Shown: one piece after another, positions 7,538 through 8,254 of the stretch
Numbering within the stretch: position 1 is the stretch's first letter
How the letters are laid out: every line of letters begins with the position of its first letter
Virus record (IMG/VR): IMGVR_UViG_2565956626_000015
DNA: 8,254 bases
Reading direction: 5' to 3' (one strand)
From: a virus
Lineage: Duplodnaviria > Heunggongvirae > Uroviricota > Caudoviricetes
Position numbers and translations under genes: made by a program
Notes under the pieces: model-generated
The model's input: the letters and a program-made list of their open reading frames with translations, nothing else
Databases searched by the model: none
What the model was told of the DNA's origin: nothing

Positions 7538-7699
7538 TCACATACAGCCTGCCAGCGCCTTATCTATTAACCCTCGTGCAATTTCATGCAGAGTTGGCGC
7601 TACTCCAATTCCTGATTTTTTACGCTGCTCTTCCTGAATTTTCTTTATCGCTTCCATTTGCTTCTCACTTATCAATACCGGCTTTACTGAAATAGCCAT
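7538..7699 (-). CDS. Small Arc/CopG-type RHH DNA-binding protein, 53 aa (MAISVKPVLISEKQMEAIKKIQEEQRKKSGIGVAPTLHEIARGLIDKALAGCM)
   Basis: Not in the supplied ORF track (below its length cutoff); found by hand translation of the minus strand. Shine-Dalgarno AAGGGGG lies 4 nt before the ATG. The beta-strand/helix/G-x-x/helix layout is typical of RHH repressors. Confidence 0.55.
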   Translation of the reverse strand: MAISVKPVLISEKQMEAIKKIQEEQRKKSGIGVAPTLHEIARGLIDKALAGCM

Positions 7700-7712
7700 A
7701 ACGCCCCCTTAG

Positions 7713-7738
7713 AACTGTATAAAACAACAGTTATTATA
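7713..7738 (-). promoter_or_regulatory. LexA (SOS) box-like site CTGT-N8-ACAG abutting a perfect -10 TATAAT, upstream of the Arc-like ORF
   Basis: AACTGTATAAAACAACAGTT (7713-7732) matches the CTGT-N8-ACAG core of the E. coli LexA box consensus TACTGTATATATATACAGTA. The minus-strand TATAAT (complement of 7733-7738) is adjacent, so the box would cover the transcription start. Confidence 0.5.
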
Positions 7739-7790
7739 GTTTCACAAATCGCAATATTCATCATCGTAATTGCAAAATATGAAACAAATA

Positions 7791-7827
7791 GCACAAAAAA
7801 ATGCCACCGCTCAGTAGCTGGTGGCAT
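7791..7827 (-). terminator. Intrinsic terminator (minus strand) upstream of the Arc-like promoter
   Basis: Stem ATGCCACCGCT (7801-7811) pairs with AGC(t)GGTGGCAT (7816-7827) around loop CAGT with one bulge. On the minus strand it is followed by TTTTTTGTGC (complement of 7791-7800). Confidence 0.6.
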
Positions 7828-8020
7828 CGTTCTGTGTGTCAGGTTTTGACAGGTTTTTTATGGACTCTAAAAACTATATTTATGGTGTCGCATTACTCTT
7901 CACGGCAGGCGCTTTTCAGTTCTGCCCTTGCTTCTGGCTCCATTGGTAATTTGATTCGCGATCAGCTATGCGGATGGTTTGCTGAACAGGCATAACAACT
8001 TCTCAGAGGCTGTTTTCTGA

Positions 8021-8039
8021 ACTACGAAAATTTCGTAGT
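8021..8039. promoter_or_regulatory. Perfect 19-bp palindrome ACTACGAAA-A-TTTCGTAGT, operator-like
   Basis: Two 9-bp arms are exact reverse complements. It shares TACGAAA/TTTCGTA half-sites with the second palindrome at 8077-8097. Confidence 0.45.
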
Positions 8040-8076
8040 GCTCACTTTCAAAAACGTCACGCCCTTGTACACAGGA

Positions 8077-8097
8077 TTTTACGAAAGTCTCGTAAAA
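8077..8097. promoter_or_regulatory. Inverted repeat TTTTACGA-aagtc-TCGTAAAA, operator-like
   Basis: Two 8-bp arms are exact reverse complements around a 5-bp spacer, with the same TACGAAA half-site family as 8021-8039. Confidence 0.4.
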
Positions 8098-8147
8098 CAC
8101 TCTCTGATGCCAGCCAGGTGTTGTGCGCATCAATTCAGTCACATTGT

Positions 8148-8188
8148 GTTGGTTCAAAATACCGTGTTGTTGGTTCAGTGTTGGTTCA
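8148..8188 (-). repeat. Iteron array, right end: GTTGGTTCA at 8148-8156, 8169-8177, 8180-8188
   Basis: Three exact copies of the reverse-complement iteron. Copy 8180-8188 mirrors left copy 67-75 exactly; the other two are shifted by about one helical turn relative to the left arm. Confidence 0.8.
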
Positions 8189-8220
8189 ATAAAAAGAATA
8201 AAATCCTTATAAAACAATAC

Positions 8221-8254
8221 TCTTTACAAATTGAACCAACTGAACCAACTGAAC
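8221..8254. repeat. Right terminal inverted repeat, perfect 34-bp partner of 1-34
   Basis: 8221-8254 (TCTTTACAAATTGAACCAACTGAACCAACTGAAC) is the reverse complement of 1-34, with two contiguous TGAACCAAC units (8232-8240, 8241-8249) plus a partial TGAAC. Confidence 0.9.

Noticed and set aside
7801-7995. Plus-strand ORF of 64 aa
   Set aside because: Its start codon is the first stem arm of the terminator hairpin and it has no RBS.
8140-8190. tRNA gene (GGTTCA resembles a T-arm)
   Set aside because: No acceptor-stem or anticodon-arm complementarity around the GGTTCA motifs; the motif belongs to the iteron array.
7966-8217. Minus-strand ORF of 83 aa
   Set aside because: The N-terminus is translated straight through the iteron array, and the body contains both perfect DNA palindromes, which look like operator sites rather than coding sequence. 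An internal 54-aa version from ATG 8127 cannot be excluded.
1-8254. CRISPR array interpretation of the TGAACCAAC repeats
   Set aside because: The unit is only 9 bp, copies are contiguous or 21-bp phased without unique spacers of uniform length, and the arrays are mirror-arranged at both ends. No cas genes are present.
1-8254. Conventional IS or composite transposon
   Set aside because: No transposase, integrase or resolvase catalytic domain is encoded between the inverted repeats; only a recombinase-like DNA-binding motif is present in the 147-aa protein.

Overview
This 8,254-bp window is bounded by a perfect 34-bp terminal inverted repeat (1-34 vs 8221-8254) set within arrays of a 9-bp iteron (TGAACCAAC / GTTGGTTCA). 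Inside the repeats, two inward-facing ribbon-helix-helix (RHH, Arc/Mnt-type) regulator genes sit at opposite ends: a 147-aa Mnt-like protein at 220-663 (+) and a 53-aa Arc-like ORF at 7538-7699 (-), the latter behind a LexA-box-like promoter. The Arc-like ORF heads a tightly coupled minus-strand operon of 153-, 225-, 473- and 701-aa proteins whose order, sizes and composition resemble the P22-type ejection (E-protein) cluster gp14-gp7-gp20-gp16; this assignment is from memory of that family, not a search. Downstream of that operon lies a moron-like cargo region: a 4-TM membrane protein, a decayed non-coding stretch with a repeated GCGCGTACTGG motif and possible gene remnants, and a two-gene operon encoding a standalone ImmA/IrrE (HExxH) metallopeptidase coupled to a 2-TM membrane protein. 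That peptidase/membrane pair is my best candidate for an undescribed superinfection-exclusion or abortive-infection module. No integrase, transposase, tRNA, rRNA or CRISPR array was found. All calls come from manual reading of the sequence and the supplied ORF track.
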